A stretch of 64,000 nucleotides of DNA from Orbicella franksi (Eukaryota), in the NCBI GenBank assembly GCA_964199315.1, contig OZ116699.1:26598001-26662000 (forward strand), given 5' to 3'. A program made the position numbers and the translations under genes. Under the pieces are notes generated by a model. The model saw only the letters and a list, made by a program, of their open reading frames with translations, was not told where the DNA came from and ran no database searches. Below, piece by piece: positions 1-13,085 of the stretch. Position 1 is the stretch's first letter. Each line of letters begins with the position of its first letter.

Positions 1-166
1 TCTGCAGAAATACCTGTGTAAATGTATGTTGCTAGAACGCCAAAGAGCGAAAACTTAATGCGAATCTCGTTTTGATATCAGTGGTTTTAAGCTCACTGAG
101 AAATTTACCGACAGCAACATGTTGAAAAAACTGTGTTTGTTTGCTTTACAGCCGGTAAACACTCAC

Positions 167-214
167 CAAAGATGGCTGCCAATCAGCGATCGTTTCTCCC
201 CAGGGAGCCGTCAT
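167..214 (-). CDS. Possible first coding exon (MTAPWGETIADWQPSL) of a divergently transcribed gene that continues off the left edge
   Basis: ATG at 214, 16 codons, then donor TTG|GTGAGT at 166. A candidate acceptor (TTTCTGCAG|) lies at the very start of the window. The context is locally GC-richer and promoter-like. Product not recognised. Confidence 0.35.
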
Positions 215-2713
215 GTTTGGCGCGAACGATAGGCCGGCGTCTTCCCGCCTTTTTTCTGCGGTGTTTGTGTTGTTTAAACACCAGCTTGTGGTCGTTTGTT
301 GGGACATTCTGCTTTGTTTAGGTAACCTTTGCATTATTAACGAGCACTGGAAGCAAAATTTGGAGAGAGAGGGACGGTTTTTGCAAGGAATAAATGTGAA
401 TTTAACGGCGGCTTGAGGTTAGTAGCGGACAAGAAGTTTGCTCAATTGTTATTAAGTACAGCATAGCCAGCGAAGCTATATATGTTTTGCACAAAACCCA
501 CAATCCTAATTCAGCCTCTACTGCATTTTTTTTTTTTCGTAATTGAAAAAATGGCGATATAATAAAATAAGAGGAGGTGATCAGCAATATTTTTTACCGC
601 CACGTTGAGCAAGGATATTTTTTCTTACTTCTTTTTCAAATGTGAATTGTTTGGTCCCGGGAAAGTTGATCTCGGTGGAAAACCCCCAAGAGGTGTCAAG
701 AACACAATCGAAGTTTCACGCTCGGTAAATTATTCACATGACCTGTGATTTTGGGAAACAAAATGACATAATCAAATGCAAATGCGATGTTGTAATGACG
801 ACTGACCTAGGAAATCTGCAATCTGTTCCAGAATCGCTTGCGATTACAAAACTAAGTCGAATTACTTACCGAATTTCCCTAGAAAAGCGAAAAGACAAAA
901 TTCGCTCATGTGGTAAAACAGGGAAAAGCACATGTATTTTTAGCACGAGAGCTGTGCCTCAGGATTTAAAACCCGTATCAAGCTTGAATTGTCAAACGGG
1001 TAAGTGTCAGGACTTTTCCTATATTTTACTTCTTGGTACGCCGTATCTCATGGAAGGTTGATATCATATAACTCTATATAGATAAGTTGAATATACCAAT
1101 TAATGCATCTTTGCTCGAAATATTGCTCGATTCTGCATTTGTTTAAACCACTGTTGGAGTATGCAAAATAGTTTTCTTAAGTGTGGTAAGGTCAACTTAG
1201 TTTGCTGTGTACTTAGCCGTGCATCTTGGCGAGTATAAGTATTAAATTTCAGTTTTTAAAATTTAGAGATAAGGTAAACTTGGATATAAAGTTTGTTTTA
1301 ATCTATCAACTCACTTATTAAGTGTCTTTGACTTGTCTTGTTTAGTTGTAAGTGACGATACCCACCGAGTATTTTGATTTTGTTCTAATCTTTTATTATA
1401 AAGCTTAGAACAAGATCGCCATTTAAAACAAATTGTCATTGATATATTCCTCTTGATTCATCAATACTTGATTGTGCTTCTTGCAAAAATTTCCTTTTTT
1501 TTCTTGACGGATTCGGCAATACACATCCCATGTCACCAGTAGGAGAAAGCTTAACCTGAGGAGCTAATATTCACGCAAAGAAAGTGATTGAGACAGACAC
1601 AGACTAGATTACGCACGTGCAGTCAGTCTCATTGCTGTGTAAAAAGAAACTGCGTGCAAACTAAAAAGTATCATTTCCAAACTTTTGCAAATTTTAATTA
1701 GTCCAAACAACTACGCCAAGTCTATGTTATTAATGCACTGTCAACGCTATTGAAATAAACTTAATAGCTACCAATGTTCACATTAATTGCGATAAAGTTT
1801 TGCCCCATTAAACTTTGTTACACACCACGTCCAGCGGAAGGGAAATTGGAAAGTTCTTAGTTCTGTTATGTGTTAAGCAATTGCGTTTAGACTTTTTAAA
1901 CGATCAATGTCAAGATGGACGTTTTGAATCATCCTCTTTTTTAGAAGATGCCAGTTGCTGTTGTGTCATAAGCAGAAAATATTTTTTATTTTTCTATTTT
2001 TTTGTCTGTTTTTTCGCACTCTCACTGTACTTTCTCTTTTATAGTTTTTTTTTTCTTTTTTAATTTAAGAAGCTCAGCGACATTTGAAAGTTTGCTAGAA
2101 AGTAGCCTGGCCAAAGGCCAAATTGAGATCACATTTTGATAACTGGATCTCTTATCACCTTTTTGGTTGCATTTGAGAGTACTTTCCTATTACGCACGTG
2201 ACGACAGAACTGGTAGTAAATCATTGCGTTACATAATTGGATGATATTTTTACGTATTTGTTAACAAGACATGAGTATGCAACAAAATGTAGAAGCGCTC
2301 GTTTTATTAAAACCTTCCTTGAGTCCTTTAGGAATGCCTTTAGCCCTCTTCGTTTGTACTGAACATAAGTCCGTAAAATAGTGCTTTGGAATAGGTTACT
2401 AGGAGTCACCTTGCTTTAGGGAAAGAAACGGGAACGTTCTGAGGTGATTGAATGAAATACACCATATAATCCACCTAAAGTATAAAACGATCTCATGATT
2501 TCTCAAAGCAAAGTAATAATAATTACCCATTTTCTTTGGAATAATTCCTATCAAGGTTCTAGATTTAAGAAGATTTTTTTCTCTGTATATTTTAAGCCTT
2601 TTTTAAACTATATTTCATCGTCTACAGTCAAAATGGCTGCCTTGCTGTGATGTAAATGATTGCTTACAACTAACTTTCTTTGTTTACTTCCTTAGGTTAC
2701 AACCAACTCAATT

Positions 2714-5700
2714 ATGGGTTTTGGTTTTTTACTTTTAATAATATCATTAGTACCACTATCAAGAGCGAAAGGTAAGCGAAAACTGACAAGAACGTATGTT
2801 TTTACCATTGCATGAGATAGATTATTTCAGTTCTGCATCTGTACCGATACCCTACCTTAAATGGGACGTTACAAAGAGACAAATGATCACATTTTTAAAA
2901 CAGCCTATTAAGCCTTTCTCTGATTCCGTGTCCTGGACTTAAACTGTCAGAAACGAGTTCTGTAAATAGACTCTCAAATACTTAAAGAATAAGCTTAATT
3001 ATGTCCAGGATATAAACTAAATCTGGGATAATGAATCGTGCAGCAGGTTGCGAGTATTTGAGCGGAAACTGAAAAGTTCTCTATGAGCTTATTACAGCAA
3101 TAAAGAGCAAGAAATAGAAAACTTTTTGCGTATCTGCAGCATTTAAGAAACAGTTGAATGTGAATTAACGTACATTTTTACGTTTACAAGCATCCGTGTG
3201 GATGTTGTAATACTTAAGTTATTAGACATATTTCAAGTAGTTTAAATGCATCTATGCCAACGATGTTATGTTAACAACGATGTAAGGAGACTTTCTCAAG
3301 TATCTTTCTCAGTATCTGCAAGGCAACGGACAGTTTTTGTTCACACCAAGTATGTTAAAAGTTTACAAGCTGGCGGTAAAATTACCCGGAGAGTATATTT
3401 AGCAACATAGCTACCAGAAACCCATTATTGTCATAACGATAATTCCAAATACCTAAATGACATTGAGATTGTTTGCATGTGCTTTTAATGCTACTATATA
3501 ACCGAAAGCAACCCTAACTCCAGAATGTTCTTTCCACCCTATTACCTTAACAAAGCTATTATTAACGCTCATCAGTGTTACTAACAAAAGCGCTGCTAAA
3601 CTAACTTTCAGACCTCCGATCTCCGACGTCAGCTGTTGACCGTCGAAGTGCTCCTGATGCTCTTCTCGGCGAGATCTTTAACGATCCAAGCGCAACAAGT
3701 CTAACAAAACTCAACCTCGAGGATAGTGACAGTGACAATGACGACTTTTCCGGTTCGGGTTCGGAACTGTGGTCGGGCTCGGGTGAGTTGCCGAAGCCTT
3801 CCGAAGACAGTAGCACACCCAGTGAAGCCGTGACGACAGACAACCAACAGGGACAAGCGACACAGACGTCGACACAAACAGACGCGACTTCCAATACAAC
3901 ACCAAGCGAAAACACTAACAGCTCTAATAACAGTAGCAGTGCTGACATAAAAGACAATACAAACATCTCAGAAACCCCCGCTGCTACCCCTGAGAGTACT
4001 AACTCAGTGAATTCTTCTACCGCAGCACAAACTGCTCCTCAACAAAGTTCGACGGAAGCGCCCATGACGTCACCAGTGGTGACGCCACAGGGCGCCGACG
4101 CAAAGTTACCCTCTACTGAGGATCAGAGCCAAAATAAAGTTGTGCAGACAGAAGAGAGCGACAAATCTTCCAGTGACCAGTCGACTCCCAATGCTGATTT
4201 TTTCCCTGCACAAACACAAAATCCCTTGGAAAGTATTCCTGATAATCCTGCTGCGGCCCTTGTGGGGCAGCAGTCTCCTGGGTTTGACGACAATTCATTA
4301 TATGACCCCACAATAGTGAAGAAAACAGATATTCCTGTTGCTGCAGATATGTTCTCCAATCCTTTAGGTAAGTCCGCTAAGGATTTGATTACATATCGTG
4401 ATAACTTCTAACTTACTTATCAACGGCAATGCTGAGTGCAACATAAACAGCCCATAAAAGCAAGAAAAGCTTTTTGGAATACGGGATTTTATGTTAAAGT
4501 AATAGACCAGCCTACGCTCTTAATAGAGTTGAAATACGTAATCCTGAGATGAGGTTGAAGGTTTTGTTTTATACGAAGGAGAAGATTTAAAAAAACGGAA
4601 AATAGCTTTTGCTCAAAGTTCGTTCTTTCCAGAACAAAATATGCTGAAGAGTAACCCGCGATGTACCAGCATCCTATCAAGTTAGAGAAGATGTTAAGTA
4701 ACGGCATTGATGAGACACAAGGATCACCTGATCTCTTGGATTGGACTCACTTGAACCTTGAACCTTGAACCTTTAACCTTTAATTTCATCAACAATCTTC
4801 TGGTTTCTGGAATTTGCTATCACTTTACTGACTTTTACTGCGCATGCTTTCTCTTCTCCAGCAGTTAACAATACAATGGACGTTCCAGGAACTGCTCGTT
4901 CAGCAATTCCGCAGGCACCGGTGCTTGCGCCGCAGGCACCAGCCGTTCCTAAGGCAGCCATTCCGTACAAGGGTTCCTTTCCATTACAGCTTCATAAATA
5001 CTCACCATACTCAAAGCTGATGAAAAAGAACATGATCGCAAATACGGGTGAGTAGAATGTTGACTGTTTTGTTTTGGAGAAACTAAACCTAACCGAGTTG
5101 TCCGATCAACTCTGTCAACTAAGCAGTGTTTAGTCCCTCTGCACGACCTGTTCACATCATTGGTAAAAAAATCAGCCATGCTGGGTCACAAGTTAAGCAT
5201 CGGGACATCCAGAACAAAACGAATGCCACGGATCACCATTATGTCTGATGATGTTTGTCCAAAGGGCCCGTTGCTTTCTGTAACAGCATTTAGGTTAACT
5301 GTATGACATGACGTTATTGTCATGCTGCCTTCTAGTGTGACACAATGAGTTTACCTCGCTACATCTGATTCTTTTCGTTACTTCAGGCTTAAACCAGGAG
5401 GCCGCAAAGAAATCTGTGATACCGCTCAATGCCGCAGGGGGTCTGCGGCCGCTGACGGTGAATCTGCCTCAGCAGCAGCAACCACAGCAGCAGCAAGATT
5501 CAACAAACCCTCAAGGCTATCCTCAACCCCAAGCGCCAGCCCTTGATGTCAACCCAGCGCAAATGCCTTTTGGAGACCAAGCCCAGGCCCCTCCTGCTGC
5601 ACAACCTTTTGCCCCAGCCCCTACTACATCACAGTCTCTTGCCCAAGCTCCAGCGGAGGCCCCACTGCAGAGCCCGCAGCAGGCACTCGACCAAGCTCAG

Positions 5701-8700
5701 GGAGATGTTCCCCAGGCTTCGGAACAAGCCTTTGCTCCTCAGGTGGCTGCTCCATCTAATATGCAAATGCCAGGGCCAGAAAATGTCGCGGCTGCATTTC
5801 CAATGAGTAAGAATTTTTTGTATTACTATATAGCAAAATTAAAGTGGGCCAAACCCCGCATTAACAACGAGCAATACTGTTGTGAAACATGTAGATAAAC
5901 CGTCGCTCATTGCTTTATCGATAGCTGTCGTTAAACCCCTAATGATGAAAAGGTAGTTCTCTGGCACTCTTTGCTCAGCCAAGTGAACCAAACAGCACTT
6001 AGATTAAGTACCTACAAAATAACTGAAGGTAATATCTCACTAGTCTTCTTTTTTTCTGCCTTTGTTGAGCATTCGTCGTTAATTCACTTCTGTTTAACAG
6101 ATACAACCATGAATGATGCTATGGCTGGAGCCATACCTCAAGAGACAACAGGAATTCCAGCCCAGGGTCTGCAGGTTGTGCCAGTCTATCAGGGGTTGAA
6201 ACCCAAAAAGCCTGTCATAGAAGAAGGTACATATAGTATCATAGTAGTTTGAAGACCTTACTCAAGATTGCAAAAGTTCTTGAGAAGACTTAGTTAAGCA
6301 AAATAATGTTATGTTCCTCTCTCTTTTTCCCTTTGAAAAAATGAGATGAATAGGGAAAATATTTGTCATTTTAGGCTCGAAGCCGTGCGGGAGAAAATGA
6401 ACTCCCACTCATCACTGAAAGCGTCTCTTAAGATCGCTGTAGGATGAGAACCGGTCAAGATAAAGCGGCCGGCGAAACAGGTTCCAAAATGTTCTTTTGG
6501 ATGCGATTAAGAAAGTGAAACACATGGGATTCCTTGATTTCTAACTACGGAGAGAATCATGGATTATCCATTTAGCTACCACCTACTTTTTTATGCTACT
6601 ATAAAGTGTTAAAAAAATAATAGACGAGAAAGAAAAGACAGTACTTTTACTTTATTAGAAAATGATCAGAAGCCATAAACAGTGGTTGGAATATTTATTG
6701 TTCATTGATTGGCCCATTATCAAAGATTTTCAATAATTACTGATTTTAAGCACTAACGTTATATTTTCCATTTACCGTTACACTAGATCAATGTGATGAT
6801 CAGTTTGATACTTGCCCTGAAATGGCTAAGAATGACTACTGTACTAAATATCCTGATTTAATGAAGATTCAATGCAAGAAGTCATGCAAATTTTGTGGTA
6901 GGAATTTTTTTGTTATAAATATTGTCATATGCAGAGTGCGACATTGAAATATGCGCTTGCCTTATGAAAAATGCAAATTTGCCCATTGTTCGAATTCTTG
7001 GTGAAAATGTGTATACAAGGCCAGTGAGTCTGGAAGTCGTTCAAGGGAGGTCCGGTAGCTTAATGGTTAGCTCGCTGGTGCCCGGATGAACAGTCCGGTT
7101 TTGACAGCTGACCGGGACGGTGTAGGGATTTTAGGTAGGCAAAACACCGGACTCTGTCACTCTCAAGGAATGTAAATGGATGCAAAACACAAACTCTTAG
7201 GGTTACGTGCGATTAACTAGCATCTCATACAGAGGAATTCGAAGCAGTTATGCTTCAGTTCATACTACAGAAGCCTGAATCCAGAGGTGTGGGCCTCCTA
7301 ACATGAATTATTGTTCTTTTGCTGAGTCAGCATAATTTAAAGAAAAAATGCAATGTAATAAGTAATTAGGAAACGACCATTTCAGCGAGAAAAACAACAA
7401 ACTCCATTGCATTTTTTCACCTTTAGAGATGAAGAAGAGAATATCTTCTGGTTCGACTTCTTTTATCTGCTTCATTAGACGGCTTAACTAATGACATTCA
7501 TTCACCATCCTTCCTACACAGAGGTCAAGCACGGTGACGAGTCTGGGTCGGGATATGACGAGTATGATTCAGGTTCAGCAAGTTTGTACTATGCTGATGA
7601 AGCTTCCAGTTCCGGGTCCGGTAACTGGGATGATGATAACGATGAAGGTGAGTGCAGAACTCTGGCTATATTGTATGGGTCTTGTATTGATCAGAACTCA
7701 ACCTTCCTAAAGAAAATGCCCCATATTGTTAAAGGCTGCAAGACGAACAGAAACTTAGAAGAGAGATGGCTGTTACCGAAAGCTTCGGCAAACAGCCTAA
7801 ATCATCGACAGAGTTAGATTCCAAACACACCAGGTGTTTTAGCAAAAAGGTACCGAAACGCACCTTCCATTTGATTTCCGGAAAGAAATTTCCGGAATCT
7901 TTGGCATTTGGAAAGCACCCTATAATTTTTTTCGAAATTGTCTTATTTGCAGATGACGACCCAGAATATAAAAAGTCTGGGATTCCTCAACCAATCCACA
8001 AAGTCCTGATGGCAAAATTTGCAGGAGCTGATTCTGGATCGGCTTCGGGCGCGTCCGGAATGGACGAATCATCAGCTTCAGATGACGACATCGTACAGAC
8101 TTCTGGTAGCGGTGAAGCGGCATCTGGCTCTCAGAAGAAAAATGAAGTCAATGCGATAGCATCAGGATCTGGTGAGGCCGCTGCAGCGCCGGTCACGGCG
8201 TCGCCAACTGTTGGGGCGGCTGAGATTGGCTCCGGGTCTGGAAGTCTGGCTGAAGGTTAGTTTGCATATAATGCATGAAATCTCATAAGAACACATTAAC
8301 TGTTTATTTCTGGTACTCGAAAAATCCATTAAACTCTTTTTCGCAAAATAGCTATTATTGTAGTAAACAGTGTTTTGAGGCGAAAGGGTCAATTCTGCTT
8401 TGTACTGACCTTTTCCCTTTCACCGTGTTTGTGTCTTTTTAAACAACAGCAATATATGGAATAGTTGACTACAGACTCAATCGTACTTTTACAAATCAAC
8501 TTTACTAACAGTTATTCTTGACAAAACAGCATGCTCATTTAAAGCATCTTATTTCAAGATCCTTTGTCGGATCGCATAGCATTGTAGTTATACATGTAAC
8601 GGTGGCTGCTTTTTCAGTTTTTAATACTCTGGCGGAACGATTTGCAAAGATTCCATTTTAAATGAAATGGTTTCTTTTAGTTTCGTTAAACTAGACATAA

Positions 8701-11700
8701 AATACGCGCACAAACTTGTGAGATACTAAACAATAAGTCGGTTTATAAAACAAGGTCACAATTCATCTAAATGCAACCCGACACTCCAGTAGTGGTCCGT
8801 TTTTCGTATTACTGAGATTATGTCAGTTTTCTTCTGACCTCCTAGTCTCTTCCCTTTTATCAATAACAGCAGTATGTTTGCACACCAACTACGACTTGCA
8901 CACTCTACTTGTTACTCTGAAAATTGATTTCCGACACATATGATTGATTACATCAACAGTTTATGTGTATCTCTCGACAACAGATCTTGCAACTGGTACT
9001 GTAAGCAGAGCTAACGAAAAACACAGCTCAATTCCGAGACCACAACCTCCACAAGTATCAGTGTATCCGAAGATTGACCTGAAAGAGATAGCCAAGGCTG
9101 TTAATGTGTATCGAGGTGTTGCGTTAAAGATGCTTGGCGAGGCGCTTGAGGGCGCAGCAGAAGAAAAAGAGCAGGAACTATCAAAGAAGTCTCACATTCC
9201 ACTTCCTCCTGCTACTGCCATCTTACAGAAGATGGGGTTTCCCGTGGGATACGATGATAGTGCCAAGAGGAATATGATTCCAAACATGATGCAAGATCCT
9301 AATATGATGATGGCTCCCAATAATGGAATGATGGGGTTCGTCAACAATGGATACGCATATAATTATCCACAACCTACTGGTAACGAACCTTTGGCCGACT
9401 TTTATGGCCAGTACCAGCAGCAACCAAACTTTGCGAGGTCGGGCATAATGGCGACACCCGAAGAAGAAGAAGCAGAAATACAGCAAAACGATGACGAGGG
9501 AGCCGCACAGGATGAGCAGCCCGAAGAGATTCAGCCAATTCAACAAGAAAATGAGCCGGCCAAACAGCAAGATAACGCAACAGAGACGGCGAAAGAGGTA
9601 GAGAATCAGGTAAAGAAAATAAGTAATGATTGTTTAATTGATGCAGGTAAAGTGGTATTGACTATTCGGTTAATACTGGTAAACTGTATTAAACGCCCAG
9701 TTTAGTGAGACAGTGGCTGCTCATCTGATACGGGTTAAGTTGTATGACTGTTTCTCAAAAACAGGTCCTGTGAGTTGGACATTTTAGTTGATATAATTTA
9801 GTAAAATGTTCTTAACTGTTCTGTTTAGTGGACATAAAAAGACCTGAAAACCATAACCTAATCAACTGCGACGAATGTAATGTATATGAGATCGGAAAAT
9901 ATGTAAGAGTGTGCTCTCCGTCGTCAAAAAATTATGTTCGTGAATTTCTTCTTTATATTTTGGCAGGATAAACCAGAGGCAGCACAAAACATGACTACCG
10001 ACGACAAGGACAAAAAGAACAAAATTGTCGACCCATTTGAATACGTTCGAAACATGGGCACCGGAGCATCGATGGAGCCTATTCGCTCGAAGACCGCCTC
10101 TAATTTAATATCCTCACATTCAGATCCTCTTATCTTATGGAAGAATTCTCAAATACAAGCTCTCGCTACCTTAGCAAAAAAGAAAAGCGATATACCGCAG
10201 CCCGGTAAGAAGAATCAATGGAAAAGAATCAAACTTGGTTTACCTGCCTAGTTAACCATTTTTAAATGGTTTCCTTTGAAAGGTCATGTAATCGATGCCT
10301 AATTTTTCGTTGCAATGTAGCTGATCATAGCTACATTTCAAGTCATTCGGCGTGTTCAGTTGTATCACTCAGGCGCAAAGGGCGGCAACAAGGCTCTTCC
10401 ATTCTAACTGGTCTTTTGTGGCCCTCTCGGTTGTCCTCCAGCATAAAGCAGTTGTATACTACCTACCAAATGTCCAACAGACAGAAGCAGTTTTAGAACG
10501 ATATTTAAAAAATCCTTTGATTAATTTTTCCGTAGGAAGTGAACCTGCAACGCCTGCAGAAACCAGCAATCAAGGAGCTTTCCAGTTCCCTCAGCAGCAG
10601 TTTAGATCTGACATTCCAGAGCAGAATATCACGATGAGCGGTCTGCCAGATATGACAGGACAAGCCTTCCCAGAATCGGCACCAGTCTTCCCGCAGTACA
10701 CACCCCAAAGTGATTATCTGACACAAACCCCTGGCGATGATCTCGCTGCAAGTGAGTACATCAGTGGTTACATGCTTAATTGGAAGGTCATTATGAAACG
10801 TTTCGAAGAATTACCGTTCCCATTGGACAACGATGAGTAATTATTTATCCAATGAACACAAATCACATTTAACAGTAGCAATGCTTACCATTAACTCTTT
10901 GATAGTCTCCAAACTTCACCCAAAACCACTTAAGAGTCAAAGGAATCCTTGAAATCTAACTTTGAAAGAGAGTGCCAATTAAAACTTAAAGAAAAGGATA
11001 CCCCGCTTCTACATAGTTCTTTGCACACCCGTTTTTTCTTGGTGCACGTGATTCACGTTTCATAAATTTGGCTAAATTCTGCTTTCATCAATTCGTTATG
11101 AACAGGAAGCCAAATCGTACAAAGCCAGGCACCACAACAGCAACAACAAGGTATGTGACTCTGTATTATTTCTTTCTATTCATATTTTCAAGTTTTTAAA
11201 AAGGCTTACGGATTGCACTTATTTGACAAAAAGTACTCGAGACAAAAGTTGAATTTCAGCTTATCTTAATTTCCTAAAAGAAAAAAAAAAAAAAAAAAAA
11301 CGTTACGTCTTCTACTTATCTAATCCACGACTGACTGGTACGAGTTTGCCAGACTGGACATTAAATGTGTTCTCAACTGTTGATAAGTAGGATAAAGTGA
11401 CTTCTTCGATCGACAGTAAAAGCGTGCTCAGAAAAAAACAAACAAACAACATCAAGTCATGACTTACACGCGGCTCCGCTTTTAAAATAATGTTCTTTTC
11501 TACAATAAATTCAAACCGCTTTGGTCCTTAATCTGCTCTTAATTCTATTGCGGGCGCTAAGACGCTAAGCAAAGTAAACCTAACGCGATTAATTTTCACT
11601 GCCGAAATTGCTACTTTGGCTGGTCGATGCTTCAGTGCTACTCTCAGAAAGCAATAGCTGAAGGCACCATTACCACTGTTGACACTACCACCATCACTAC

Positions 11701-12386
11701 AACAACATAAGCAGTTGCTGTCATTTTTCTTTGTTATTCCTTTTACTGCTTGGTGTTATTCAGTCTGTTTTCTACTTCTACACGTCTCTATTTTCCTGTT
11801 ATTTCACTGTGACGACTCATACCACACTGGAACTGAAAGTCAATAACATTTCACAAAACCTGCCCTCATACACTTTATAATATGTAATCTTTATCCCTTA
11901 GGAGTAATTTCATTTTTCGTAACTTTTCCTCTCCTTTTGCTACTTTTTGTCTACACTCAGCATTTTCACTGTTTTTTTTTTTTGTTTTTTTTAATTTAAA
12001 TTTGCCTTCTGCCTCTCAAACATAACTTTTAACTTTAAACTTTGGCGCCGACCGCTTTCGTTGCCGTCAATGAAACAAATCCTACTTCAAATAAATAAAT
12101 TTACCTGAAATGTGACCACTAAATTAAATTTCTTACACAGTGACATACCGATTACCATTCAAAGTTCGCCTCGTATACTGTAATCTTGGCGAAAGGAGAG
12201 CTTACATACTCAAGAAATAAAAATCTGATATTATTTAAGATATCCTCGGAGATACCCTTAGCAATGGCAGCATGAATGAATCGGAGCCTGCACGTTTCAG
12301 ACCAGCGTCATCATAAAGAGAAAATGCCGCTAACAACGGATGAAGATGAGCCTTCTGACGTTTACAAAACCGCGTCAAAAGCGTAA
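2714..12386 (+). CDS. Gene A: secreted low-complexity, Ser-Gly/acidic (proteoglycan-like) protein with one ShKT domain, ~1100 aa
   Basis: The exon chain stays in frame with GT-AG sites: 2714-2771 (signal peptide MGFGFLLLIISLVPLSRA), 3612-4367, 4865(or 4862)-5047, 5387-5806, 6101-6226, 6787-6897, 7522-7647, 7953-8255, 8984-9609, 9967-10204, 10536-10751, 11106-11150, and a tentative terminal exon 12301-12386 (DQRHHKEKMPLTTDEDEPSDVYKTASKA*). It explains ORFs 3788, 5416, 5971, 7491, 7766, 8944, 9934 and 10352. The terminal exon is less certain. Confidence 0.75.
6787..6897 (+). CDS. ShKT domain exon of Gene A
   Basis: Symmetric phase-1 exon encoding DQCDDQFDTCPEMAKNDYCTKYPDLMKIQCKKSCKFC. Six Cys with the terminal C-x3-C-x2-C pattern typical of ShKT. 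Confidence 0.9.
7045..7296 (+). mobile_element. Degenerate tRNA-derived SINE
   Basis: tRNA-like head (GGGAGGTCCGGTAGCTTAATGGTTAG...) and a body homologous to the reverse complement of the better-preserved copy at 35891-36180. Confidence 0.65.
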
Positions 12387-12879
12387 CGATTCGGAGAAGT
12401 TCCTTATCCTTCTTATCAACAAACTAGCGATAAAAAGAAAGTTTGCATTTCGCGTTTTGTTTCAAAAGAACAACGCTTCTAACATCAGATTTGCATTTTT
12501 CTAACAACCAATAGGCGATCAGGAAAGCAGCCTGAGAGAGTTAAGAAGTTACTTTCCTGAGGACGAGTAACTATGGGTCGATATGGAGTTAGCCTTAAGG
12601 TGGCTGAGAATAAAAACAAGCTATGCTAGCAATCCCGCCGTCAACGATACAGTATACGACGGACTTGTTTCCACACCAACACAACTTGACGAGATCAACA
12701 GTTTCTTTACATTATCAACACTAACAGTCATATCAAATAAGTGCAAAGAAAGACTACGGGAATAGGAAATAGAACTTACAGTCTCGAAATTATAATGTAA
12801 ATTAATTGTTCATGATTTAACCTTGTTACTTCTCCCTTTTTATAAAGTAAAATAAAGGAAGCGATATTTCCTGAACCCT

Positions 12880-13085
12880 TTTCTTTGAAGTGGCATTTAC
12901 TTTAAGAGCCACTGTCACATGGCTTTTTGCCTCCCTTTGAAAACGAGTTTTGTTATAAAACATTTCATATATGTGAGTGTTACAGGTTCCTTTTCGTGTA
13001 AATCAAACTCATTTTTTATGAAATGTTTTGGACCAAACTTTGGTTTTAAACATAGGCATAACTTAACTTAAAACCGGTTTATTTT
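12880..13085. mobile_element. Degenerate non-autonomous DNA element (MITE-like)
   Basis: Shares blocks (TTTGAAAACGAG, TCAAAC..ATTTT..ATGAAA, GGTTTTAAAC) with the element at 20257-20425. Confidence 0.4.

Noticed and set aside
738-1061. 107-aa plus-strand ORF
   Set aside because: No recognisable homology or composition bias; more likely promoter or 5'UTR sequence.
3601-4359. Minus-strand ORFs 3601-3966, 3711-3905, 4113-4313, 4123-4359 (and similar at 9223-9580, 22671-22934, 24888-25370)
   Set aside because: Antisense shadows of low-complexity plus-strand exons.
4319-10618. Reading the SxIP hits as EB1 microtubule-tip motifs
   Set aside because: The protein has a signal peptide and extracellular domains, so a cytosolic EB1 interaction is implausible.
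12141-12223. Alternative terminal exon at acceptor 12140 (SDIP in one frame)
   Set aside because: The SDIP frame needs phase 2 but the preceding exon ends in phase 1. The phase-1 reading looks non-native, so 12301 was preferred, though the Gene A end remains uncertain.
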